Position numbers and translations under genes: made by a program. From Macrostomum lignano (taxonomy: Eukaryota): DNA of 64,000 bases. Positions 39,304-49,809 of the stretch are shown here, piece by piece. The stretch covers positions 17,892 through 81,891 of the forward strand of contig NIVC01002208.1 of NCBI GenBank assembly GCA_002269645.1, written 5' to 3'. The stretch's first letter is position 1. Each line of letters opens with the position of its first letter. Under the pieces are notes generated by a model, which saw nothing but the letters and a program-made list of their open reading frames with translations, had not been told where the DNA came from and searched no databases.

Positions 39304-39763
39304 AGCCAGTGATGGATGATTCGCTGAAATAACTTTGCTAATGCTATGACAATTAGAGAGAGTGACTATCTTAGGCTTTTATAGATTCAAATGACATGAT
39401 AGGACTGACGTCTTGCCATATAATAACACAACTAATAATTGTTTTCAAAGTAAATCGACGAACAGCTAGTAAACTAAAACTGAACTGGAGAATTTCCGAT
39501 CTAAATTAACACTGTGCAGGACTTTTACAATATTATTGTATGCTACTATACTACATTTACTGTAAAAGTAAAACTCAACTACGACTTGAGTGGAAAGACG
39601 CGACAGTCGCATTTCCAGGAAATGCTAGATCGGTTCATTTTAACAAAAGTGCACTACTCGTAAAGTTCGTGCTTTCGGAGAAATCATTTAAGTAAGCTTA
39701 TATCAGTTAGTTGCAGCCGTGCACCTGCAAAACGCGCAAAGTTATTAAAAACTCTTGTAAGGT

Positions 39764-40010
39764 ACTTCTTGACTTACTTGACTTCAGCTGCAGGGGGCTC
39801 CGGGCATCCGGATACAGAGGGGAGGCGTAGACACCCATTCCGCTAACCCCCTGGCGACCATGGGCAGCTGGTGCTGTGGTGTCGCGCAGGGAGACCCGGT
39901 GGTGCCGGTATCCGCAGCGCGGTCCCCTCTGGAGAGTCCAGGAGGTGGATTGTCACTCGCCCGGTAGCCCTCAGGTAGCGGACGAGCTGGCAGAGATTCT
40001 CGGGCCTGAA
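39764..40010 (-). mobile_element. Possible 5'-truncated 3' end of a non-LTR retrotransposon
   Basis: Minus strand reads PENLCQLVRYLRATGR, like ORF2 C-termini of RNase H-bearing LINEs (L..FL..TGR), then a GC-rich UTR-like stretch and a short AAGTC-type repeat tail. Confidence 0.4.
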
Positions 40011-40047
40011 AATGACTCTTAGAGAGAATTACTGAAATTTCAATGCT

Positions 40048-40074
40048 TTAGGGTTAGGTTAGGGTTAGGGTTAG
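40048..40074 (+). repeat. Short interstitial telomere-type repeat (TTAGGG)n
   Basis: TTAGGG TTAGG TTAGGG TTAGGG TTAG. Confidence 0.8.
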
Positions 40075-40409
40075 AAGGTTGACAGATATTTTTAGATTTC
40101 TAAGGCTTATTGGGGGCATTGCTGAGATGTCAAGGGGGGAAGTTGATATGTTAAAGCTTGTGGGGGGGAATTACTGACATGTCAAGGCTTACAAGGTTTG
40201 ACAGGAGATTTTTTAAGATTTCAAGGATACATGTAGCTCATTAAAAAACGTGTATTGCATTTCTTTGGCTCCCCAACGGGGGGGGGGTAGATTGCTAGTA
40301 TTGACCTATAAATATAATGACCAATGGATCATTAGTTGTCACTTCATCATCATGCTGCGTTTATTTAAATTGTAACAAAATTGTACTTTATATTATAGCG
40401 TTACTCGTA

Positions 40410-40550
40410 GTATTAATATTTATTATTATTATTATTGTTATTAATATTGTTACCTATATTATTATTACTATACCAATATTATTATTATTATTAATACGAG
40501 CGTATTGATATTATTATTATTATTATTAAGATTATTATTATTATTATTAA
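40410..40550. repeat. Degenerate (ATT)n microsatellite
   Basis: Visible ATT runs. Confidence 0.85.
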
Positions 40551-41133
40551 TGTTGTTGTTGTGTTGATTGTTATGAATCATTTATGATATTATTGTGTTA
40601 CTTTGAACTAATTAACACCTAATTAATAATAGAAATAAATACAAAAAGCCAGTAAAAGTATTTTTCACGCAAAACAGAGTATTTAAACCTATTTATGAAG
40701 CCAACATGAATTAAGCCTCATGCGTGTAGCTTATATCATGGTTTTTATAAATTTTTCTATAATTTCATTTTTGTATCTCTCTTTGTGAAATAATATCAAA
40801 TCAAATTGACAATTTAAAATCGAATGTATTTAAAACACTGTTGGTGCAATTCAACTTTGCTATAATTTAAATTGAATATTATATTGGAGTTTATTATACT
40901 TTAGAAAGAAAAGCTCAGCGGTTAAATCCCGCGATCACGGGGTCCGTGTTCGATTCCGCAAAATCAATAATTCGGGCTTGTCCCGTGATTACTGCCTATA
41001 CAAGGGCCAACCCAAAGGCATGGAGAGTGTACATGTGCATGCATATTTGATAAGAAAGCTGGGGGCGCTGTACACCCTGCGTTGTTGTGTGCCCGAGTGA
41101 TCACCGGATGCCTTTGAGTGCCCAAAGCTCAAT

Positions 41134-41400
41134 AGCTTAGTCTAGTGGTTAGAGCATCGGACTGGAAAGTCGAAGGTTCGATTCTGGACCCACTTGGAAC
41201 AATTTTTGTCTTTGAGCAAGACATTTACATGTAGCTCTGTGCATTGCTTCAGTTCACCCAGCTGTAAAATGGGTGCCAGCATTAGCTGGGGTAATTCAGG
41301 GTGTGTGTGTGGCGACCCCCCAGTCCCGTAGGCAGCCTTCATGTGTTTTGGCTGAGCTGTCGGTTGCATATCTGGTCATTAGGGCAGGTGTAATCAATTA
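41134..41400 (+). mobile_element. tRNA-derived CORE-like SINE (copy D, full length)
   Basis: A box TAGTGGTTAGAGC, B box GGTTCGATTC, CORE-like segment, tail GGGCAGGTGTAATCAATT plus AT-rich run. Confidence 0.88.
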
Positions 41401-41788
41401 CTATTATTAATAATTATTGAATTATTACTCGTAGCATCCAGCAGCTATGCCTAGCAGGCAGTTGTTTACAAGTTTTCCAGCGCAGACAGGACCGATGAAG
41501 GGTAAAGTTTCCATTATTTTCATTCAAATGGCAACTGTTTATGACGGCTAAAAGCTATGAAGCAGTCCGCCTGTGCCGCGCCGCGCTCTCTGAGTCAAAC
41601 AGAAATAGAAGCGCTGCTGTAACCATTCTGCCTCTAAGCCATTCGAGACACACAATGGACAAATTGTTTGTGCAGAATATTGTATAATCGAAAAACATCT
41701 CTTACCCCGTGCAGGCTGTGTGAGAGCCGCTCATCATATGGGACCACCTGCGGCACGAGTCTGCAGCGCCCGAGACGCTTGTCCACCG

Positions 41789-41841
41789 ACACGTGCGGCA
41801 ATTCACCTCCTCTGCACGGGCTGCTATCGCACCTCTATATA
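41789..41841 (+). promoter_or_regulatory. Putative promoter of MSMB-like copy 3: ACACGTGCGGC and TATATA
   Basis: Motif 41789-41799; TATATA at 41836-41841; extra CATATG and CACCTGCGGC E-boxes just upstream. Confidence 0.55.
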
Positions 41842-41923
41842 TGCTAGCGCTGCAGAAAGGCCCCGGCCAAGCAAAGGCAGTTGCCTCTTCAGTTGCACAA
41901 TCAACAGCCCAGCACAACCAGCC

Positions 41924-42409
41924 ATGCGCTTCGCCCTGCTCTCTCTCGCCCTCGCCTTCGCCCTACTGGCGGCGACGGTGCGCGCTGACGATGCCAACTT
42001 TGAAAACGCCGACGACGATTCCATTGAAGACCAGGCCGAGTCCTTCGACGATGTCGATGAGGCCGATGAGGCCGACGATGCTGACGAAGCGGACGAGGAT
42101 GTCGAAGATGAGGAGAAGGAAGAGTGCTCGCCGGAGCCGAAGACCGAGACCAAGACCCTGGGCGGCAAGGAGATCCGCCAGGAGACTGAGAACATCTCCG
42201 TCCGAGGCCGCTGCATCCGCGTGCTGAAGGGCGGCAGCCCGGACGACTACACCACCGCTGGCAGCTGCTCGCGTTGCAGGTCCCGCGGCTCGGGCTACTA
42301 CTGCCTTCCTTCGCCTCTGGCCAGAAGCCTGAAGTGCGAGATGGTGCTGGGCCCCGACTGCCGGCGGCACGAGGTAGACAAGTCCGACCCCACCAAGCCT
42401 TGCGAGTGA
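41924..42409 (+). CDS. Secreted PSP94-like protein, copy 3 (161 aa; near-identical to copy 1)
   Basis: ATG at 41924; differs from copy 1 by one 9-bp DEA unit and a few substitutions; Cys domain identical at the protein level. Confidence 0.85.
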   Translation: MRFALLSLALAFALLAATVRADDANFENADDDSIEDQAESFDDVDEADEADDADEADEDVEDEEKEECSPEPKTETKTLGGKEIRQETENISVRGRCIRVLKGGSPDDYTTAGSCSRCRSRGSGYYCLPSPLARSLKCEMVLGPDCRRHEVDKSDPTKPCE

Positions 42410-42861
42410 ATGAAGAAGAGTTTTAGCAAGCCAAATTAATATTGGACTATTCCCATACGAACTATAAGTACAGTATGTCTTAACTTTCTTAGGTACTCGT
42501 ATTGTACTAATAAAACGTTCTGTGGTCGAAACTGACCAGCTCAAACAAAATACGCTCATATTTATTGTGTTTTCACTCTATTTGTAACGCTAAGAGTTTT
42601 AAAATGCCTGCTAATTACTCCTAATAAACGTGTTCACCTGTAGTAGGTTGTGAAAGGTAGCTGTAGTCCTATGCAAACTGCAAATACTAATCATTGTTTT
42701 TGTGAGTAGTACAGCGTTCAGGCGTTTTGAGCCGTTTCTCTGTTGAAGATATACGGCTAAATATTTCCTAGATTTCCAATTTAGCAACGAATGTTGATAA
42801 CAAAAAGAACATTAGAAAATTTAAGCTAATGTATTCGAATAACAATCTTATCGAAAGCTTA

Positions 42862-43227
42862 AGTACCTGGTCTTCAGGTATAGCTAATGTACCTGGTCAA
42901 GTATAGCTAATGTACCTAGTCAGGTATAGCTAATGTACCTAGTCAGGTATAGCTAATGTACCTAGTCAGGTATAGCTAATGTACCTTCCTTGGTCAGGTA
43001 TAGCTAATGTACCTTCCTTGGTCAGGTATAGCTAATGTACCTTCCTTGGTCAGGTATAGCTAATGTACCTTCCTTGGTCAGGTATAGCTAATGTACCTTC
43101 CTTGGTCAGGTATAGCTAATGTACCTTCCTTGGTCAGGTATAGCTAATGTACCTTCCTTGGTCAGGTATAGCTAATGTACCTGGTCAGGTATAGCTAATG
43201 TACCTGGTCAGGTATAGCTAATGTGCC
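42862..43227. repeat. 23/28-bp minisatellite (GCTAATGTACC[TTCCT]TGGTCAGGTATA), about 14 units
   Basis: Tandem units homologous to 35125-36124. Confidence 0.95.
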
Positions 43228-43930
43228 TTTTAAAACTAAATTAAATGTCAAAGGATGGCATTCGGCCATCGAGGAAGTCGGTGGAGAAATACCTGCGCTA
43301 GAAAAACAAAAAATACTACAGAGATAGGAACAGCTGAAATTTCACTGGAACTTAACTGCTTGTTTGCCTGTCTTCGGTAGCATTTTAGGAAAGAATAATT
43401 TAATAATCTTGTAAATAATTGCTGCGGACAGGGCACCTACTGGGTCCGTTTGTAGTTAGACCACTTTCTGACCGAATACTTCACAATCTGAGTTATAATA
43501 AGACTGTAAAAAATTCCAACATAACATTCCAACATTACAATATTAGTTGACCATATTTTAGATTTCGGCAATGTGCGCAATTACACTAGAGAGCCAGACA
43601 GAGATAGTCAATGCTATGCGATATACTGCAAAATACCTTCTCTGATAAGCTTAGCCAGAAACTGCGCGAGCCAGGCCTAGCATTGAGTGTCGAGTGTGCA
43701 GTGCGAAATCTCCAAATAAATGCAATGAGAGCTATTAGCATGGAGGCGTTACATGTAGGTACCACACAGCCGCGCTTGTGAAAGCATAAGAGAGGCCTGA
43801 ACCAACTCAATCGGTACAGGTGGACACAATAATATTTTTCTTTAAGCAGGCTAAACAGAACAGGTAAGGTTTAATGTGAGTGCTTTTTTAATCATTTAAT
43901 GAGTTTTGTCATCAGCTCTGCACCGTATTC

Positions 43931-45713
43931 ACCCCATTGAGCCAACTGGCATCTCAGCAACTCCCCATTGAGCCAACTGGCATCTCAGCAACTCCCCCAT
44001 TGAGCCAACTGGCATCTCAGCAACTCCCCCATTGAGCCAATTGGCATCTCAGCAACTCCCCCATTGAGCCAATTGGCATCTCAGCAACTCCCCCATTGAG
44101 CCAATTGGCATCTCAGCAACTCCCCCATTGAGCCAATTGGCATCTCAGCAACTCCCCCATTGAGCCAATTGGCATCTCAGCAACTCCCCCATTGAGCCAA
44201 TTGGCATCTCAGCAACTCCCCCATTGAGCCAATTGGCATCTCAGCAACTCCCCCATTGAGCCAATTGGCATCTCAGCAACTCCCCCATTGAGCCAATTGG
44301 CATCTCAGCAACTCCCCCATTGAGCCAATTGGCATCTCAGCAACTCCCCCATTGAGCCAATTGGCATCTCAGCAACTCCCCCATTGAGCCAATTGGCATC
44401 TCAGCAACTCCCCCATTGAGCCAATTGGCATCTCAGCAACTCCCCATTGAGCCAATTGGTATCTCAGCAACTCCCCCCATTGAACCAATCGGCATCTCAG
44501 CAACTCCCCCATTGAACCAATTGGCATCTCAGCAACTCCCCCATTGAGCCAATTGGCATCTCAGCAACTCCACATTGAGCCAATTGGTATCTCAGCAACT
44601 CCCCCCATTGAACCAATCGGCATCTCAGCAACTCCCCCATTGAGCCAATTGGCATCTCAGCAACTCCCCCATTGAGCCAATTGGCATCTCAGCAACTCCC
44701 CCATTGAGCCAATTGGCATCTCAGCAACTCCCCATTGAGCCAATTGGCATCTCAGCAACTCCCCCATTGAGCCAATTGGCATCTCAGCAACTCCCCCATT
44801 GAGCCAATTGGCATCTCAGCAACTCCCCCATTGAGCCAATTGGCATCTCAGCAACTCCCCCATTGAGCCAATTGGCATCTCAGCAACTCCCCCATTGAGC
44901 CAATTGGCATCTCAGCAACTCCCCCATTGAGCCAATTGGCATCTCAGCAACTCCCCCATTGAGCCAATTGGCATCTCAGCAACTCCCCCATTGAGCCAAT
45001 TGGCATCTCAGCAACTCCCCCATTGAGCCAATTGGCATCTCAGCAACTCCCCCATTGAGCCAATTGGCATCTCAGCAACTCCCCCATTGAGCCAATTGGC
45101 ATCTCAGCAACTCCCCCATTGAGCCAATTGGCATCTCAGCAACTCCCCCATTGAACCAATTGGCATCTCAGCAACTCCCCCATTGAGCCAATTGGCATCT
45201 CAGCAACTCCACATTGAGCCAATTGGCATCTCAGCAACTCCCCCATTGAACCAATTGGCATCTCAGCAACTCCCCCATTGAACCAATTGGCATCTCAGCA
45301 ACTCCCCCATTGAACCAATTGGCATCTCAGCAACTCCCCATTGAGCCAATTGGCATCTCAGCAACTCCACATTGAGCCAATTGGCATCTCAGCAACTCCC
45401 CCATTGAACCAATTGGCATCTCAGCAACTCCCCCATTGAACCAATTGGCATCTCAGCAACTCCCCATTGAGCCAATTGGCATCTCAGCAACTCCCCCATT
45501 GAACCAATTGGCATCTCAGCAACTCCCCCATTGAGCCAATTGGCATCTCAGCAACTCCACATTGAGCCAATTGGCATCTCAGCAACTCCCCCATTGAACC
45601 AATTGGCATCTCAGCAACTCCCCCATTGAACCAATTGGCATCTCAGCAACTCCCCCATTGAACCAATTGGCATCTCAGCAACTCCCCCATTGAGCCTTTG
45701 CATCTCAGCAACT
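43931..45713. repeat. 32-bp satellite (CCCCCATTGAGCCAATTGGCATCTCAGCAACT), about 56 units, each with palindrome GCCAATTGGC
   Basis: Direct tandem units, period 32. Confidence 0.97.
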
Positions 45714-45850
45714 CGGACCCCTTGCCCGAACTCTCAGCCCATAGTAACGGGGCTGCAGGATGGGGGATCCGGGCACTTACACAATCGCAACTCACAAACT
45801 ATAGGCTTAAAAACTCCCAAAAGGTCTGTAAATTTTCTAACCAAAAAGCT

Positions 45851-45857
45851 AAAAAAA
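45851..45857 (-). terminator. Pol III oligo-T terminator of tRNA-Cys
   Basis: A7 on plus = T7 on minus, 5 nt downstream of the tRNA 3' end. Confidence 0.8.
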
Positions 45858-45862
45858 TTGCG

Positions 45863-45934
45863 AGGGGGCACTCAGATTTGAACCAAGGACCTCTCGATCT
45901 GCAGTCGAATGCTCTACCACTGAGCTATGCCCCC
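45863..45934 (-). tRNA. trnC-GCA: tRNA-Cys (GCA)
   Basis: GGGGGCATAGCTCAGTGGTAGAGCATTCGACTGCAGATCGAGAGGTCCTTGGTTCAAATCTGAGTGCCCCCT; 72 nt, acceptor, anticodon and T stems all pair (G-U wobbles in the T stem). Confidence 0.97.
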
Positions 45935-46474
45935 GTGTTGTAACAGCTGCGACTTTCGGCTATTAAACTTTATTAGAATAGTAAGCAGGAAGTATGCACA
46001 GCTGTCTAACTTCTGTTGCAGTGCTTCAAGTTAAAAACACTGAGCCAACTGCTCACCCTGTAGTGGAGTGAAGTAGAGTTGTAGTGAGTGTACGCACAAT
46101 GGGTTGTACATTGTGAGGGAGAATTAGTGAACACACGATTACGAGCGTAAATGCGGAGCAAGAATTGATACGTCACTCGACTACTTGCCTAGAAAGTACA
46201 TATAGACATCGATTTTACGTGATTGAAAATTATTGACTTTAGCTGGCTTGCAATACAGGTTACCATTAACAGGAGCTGCTGGATTCAAACAAAGAACCAA
46301 AATGTACTTTTAAGTATATCCTTTCTAGAATTTTAGTTACAGCTGAGTTCCCAGCTAATCGTCAGGTTTCCAGAATTGTACTCATTTCATTGTAAAACTT
46401 TCCAAACGGCTGATTAGCGGAAAGTGACAGCACAATTGACTTCCCGTGTCCAACTCTGTACATTGAGGCGTTTC

Positions 46475-46627
46475 ACAAGCTCGAAGCTTCATCACAAGCT
46501 CGAAGCTTCACAAGCTCGAGGCTTTACCACAAGCTCGAAACTTCATCACAAGCTCGAAACTTCATCACAAGCTCGAAACTTCATCACAAGCTCGAAACTT
46601 CATCACAAGCTCGAAACTTCATCACAA
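46475..46627. repeat. 19-bp minisatellite (TCACAAGCTCGAAACTTCA), about 8 units
   Basis: Tandem units; reverse complement of the 8798-9163 family. Confidence 0.92.
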
Positions 46628-46690
46628 TCCAGAAAGGAAATTTGAGTAAGATTTCTGTACAATCTCGCACCGCAGATCAGGCCATCAGTC

Positions 46691-47053
46691 ATGGGCATGG
46701 ATCCGTACGAAGAGCGGCTGTTGATCATTCTCCTTGGAAGCGGCGTGGGTCTGCTGGCTCTCCTAACCATGCTGTTCGTCTGCTTCCGCAAGTACCGGAT
46801 TGACAACAAAAATCCGCGACATCAGAGGGCGCAGCAGCGAGCCATCGGGTTTGGATGGCAGCAGCCAGGTGCGGGCCCGATGGGGAGGCACCAGATGATT
46901 TACCAACCAACCGGGCATCAGCCAACTGGCGGCCTGGCCATGATGGAGCCGGGGATGCTGGATCCCGGAGTCAAAGCGGCCGACTTGATTGGGTATTATC
47001 CGCACCGGTCGCTGCCTCAGCAGCCGTTGCTGGCGAATTCTGATTCCGTATAG
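46691..47053 (+). CDS. Orphan small single-pass membrane protein (120 aa)
   Basis: N-proximal hydrophobic helix LLIILLGSGVGLLALLTMLFVCF followed by RKYR (positive-inside), G/P/Q-rich tail; coding-like GC; possible acceptor CCGCAG just upstream. Confidence 0.65.
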   Translation: MGMDPYEERLLIILLGSGVGLLALLTMLFVCFRKYRIDNKNPRHQRAQQRAIGFGWQQPGAGPMGRHQMIYQPTGHQPTGGLAMMEPGMLDPGVKAADLIGYYPHRSLPQQPLLANSDSV

Positions 47054-49372
47054 AAGCTAATTGGGAGCCAGACGTAATCGACTTCTTTGGGACGGAATGC
47101 AGCAAGCTGCTGTTTGTAGATAGGAATTTGGGTAGCATATTACAGTTTTGGTCATTGCAACGTCATTCGTAGCTGTCAATCCAAACAATCTGAGCAGTTT
47201 ACCATATTGAATCATTGGACAACTTGCGTTTATATAACATGGGATCACACTTCACAAAGTTATCGAATTTATATTGATCAATTATTAAGATTCTGCAATT
47301 TGCACTTTTATTTATAAAGCTTAACACCTCGTGATTCCAATGTACTTTTCTGAACATATTATTATTAGTTGTAAAACAAACGCATATGTATATTGTTCAC
47401 CTTGGACGCCTTAATCAAGGACCACTGTGGTAGAGTGGTCCTTACAGTGGCCCTTGGTCTTAATGTGTATTCTGCAATTTATCTCTTGCTTTGTGATGAA
47501 AAATAAATGTAAAATTTGGTTGAGTGCGAGATCACTTAAATTTTATATCCAGGCACTATAAACTACAATAATAATGCTTATAGTAGATATTAAGCTGACG
47601 CTACATACAGTGTACATCCGATCATCGATCGAGTGTATAAGTACAGTAGGATATATTGAGTCTTGCGCATGTTTGCATCGAGCTTCATGTACTTTTATTT
47701 TTTTTATTTCATTTATTTTTATTTGATTTACCAAGGGACTACATATAACACTATGTTTGAGTAGTTTTGACCCTGATTTACATGAGTATATTTATTTACT
47801 ATTAACGAATTCTAGTAGCCTTTAGATGCAAAAACGTCAGAAATTAGTGCGTTAGCAGCTTTACGTCTTTGAAGTCCGGTGAAACAAAAATTACTAGCTC
47901 TGTTGGTAGAATTATTGAACTAAGTTTAAGAGTTTCAAACTAAGCATTCATAAATCAGTTTGCCATGTTATGACTTTCCCTAATATAAACAAGCGCTAGA
48001 TCTTTCGTTTGCTTCTACAATAGTATTTAAGTTGAAAATTGTCCCGCTTTTTTAGTTTTATCTCGTGATCTTGAATCTTGATCCTCGCTCTAAAAATTTT
48101 GCTTGTGAGTGTAAATTACCTTATAAAAATTTAGAATACAAAAATAGGGGCGTATTTTTATGAAACTTAATACTCCAATTTGAGTAAAAGAATTTTACAC
48201 TAAAATGGTCTTTTATCATAAAGTAGGTCATACAACAGGTATAAATGCTAATGAATGTTATATATTAGGATAAAATATAAATCATGTTAATTTCCTTGTT
48301 TGTTTATAGAAGCACGAAAAATTATAGCACATACATTTACCAAACTCACACTGTCACTAATACTTTTGTCTGATTTTTATATACTAATCTATTTCTAGAT
48401 TCAGTTTGTATATAAATATAATTTGATATATTATATAGATTGATAATAGTGTATGCTAGTATATGACTAGTATATGCTAGTCAGTAGTCATATGGCCATA
48501 TGGGTAGGCCTATCTAATAGAAGGTCATAAGCATGCTAGAGGTGGGTATGAGCTAACAGACTGGGGGTGCACACTGGCTGACAAACCACTGTTGCACTAT
48601 AAACCTCTATCACCCCCAGGCAATTAAGAAGGCTATATCTAGTATATCCCAACATATGTGATATGCCACTATGCCAATATAGTACTACTTCTTCATTTTT
48701 ATAAGTTTCCTTAATAATTCAGCCTTGAGTTACATTTGGCCTAATTGAAATCAATATTTTCAATTTTTTTAATTTTATAAACATAGAAGCAGCAATTTAT
48801 ATTGTTTGTTTTCATTAGAAAAATAGTTCAATACAGTTTTAGCATAGTTTTTTATTGTATTTAGGATTGGGAAAAACATGTTACATCATTCAATATTCAA
48901 TATTGATCACATTATGTAATAGTAAAAGCAAAGTTTTTTGCCCTATTGGTTGTAGAACTATACTAAGTAGGGTGTCCAGTGAACAGTGATCAGCATATTC
49001 AGGATCATGCTATGTTGTAGCCTTGAATATTACTAGTGAAATGATACCAAAGTTTCGAAAATTGATAAATTAATAAAAATATTATTCTTTTTTTGTATTT
49101 TAAATAGTATTTTTCCCAATCTCAAAATACAATAAAAACTATGCTAAAAACTATATTGTACTAGTACTAGTATATTGTACTAGTACTAGTATATTGTACT
49201 AGTAAAACAAACAATATAAATTTCTTAATTGATTTTCTTAAAATTTCTATTAAATTTCTTAATTTAATATAAATAAAAAAATTGATTGAAATTGCAATAT
49301 ATATATAGTATATATAACAGTTTTGATACAATCAGTTTTTTGCTCTCATTTTTGTCCACTGATCACTTTGGC

Positions 49373-49809
49373 TAGGGTGTCCAGTGAGCCTATTTTTAGC
49401 ATGTGCAAAAATGAAAAACAGTGAAAAAGTGGTCGTCTTTAAATGGCTATAACTTTTTATTTTTTAAGATATGGCTATGTTCTTACATTCGTTGAAAAAT
49501 AGACAAATAGATCTTTCAAATGATATATAGTTTTCATATTGAAGCCATACGATTACAAAGATACAGACTGTCAAACATAATGTACATTTTCATACATTTT
49601 CAAAACTGTGCCGAATTTGCTTGAAAATATGGGGTCGGGAGAATTTATTTTTTAGTAAATGAATGCATAACTGCTAAGAATGCTTGCACATTGGGTATAG
49701 GTAACTTCCTGCAGGTCATTTTAAGTGATTTTTTTGTTCAAAAATATGTACATGTACATGTAAAAATTAAAATGGCCATAACTTTTGACTGGAAAGAGTG
49801 GCCACCCTA
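49373..49809. mobile_element. About 437-bp non-autonomous DNA transposon (MITE) within an AT-rich island
   Basis: TAGGGTGTCCAGT (49373-49385) and AGTGGCCACCCTA (49797-49809) are 11/13 inverted repeats; a second left-type end at 48968-48980. No clear TSD. Confidence 0.5.

Noticed and set aside
40915-41110. Second tRNA-like or ribozyme-like element upstream of SINE copy D
   Set aside because: Only weak A/B-box resemblance (GCTCAGCGGTTAAA, GTTCGATTCC), single copy in the window, no convincing fold.
41720-41923. 68-aa N-terminal extension of PSP94-like copy 3
   Set aside because: Non-ATG start, spans the TATA box, absent from the paralogues, and would bury the signal peptide.
43931-45713. CRISPR-like appearance (32-bp palindromic repeats)
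   Set aside because: Units are head-to-tail with no unique spacers, no cas genes, eukaryotic context. The same applies to all other arrays.
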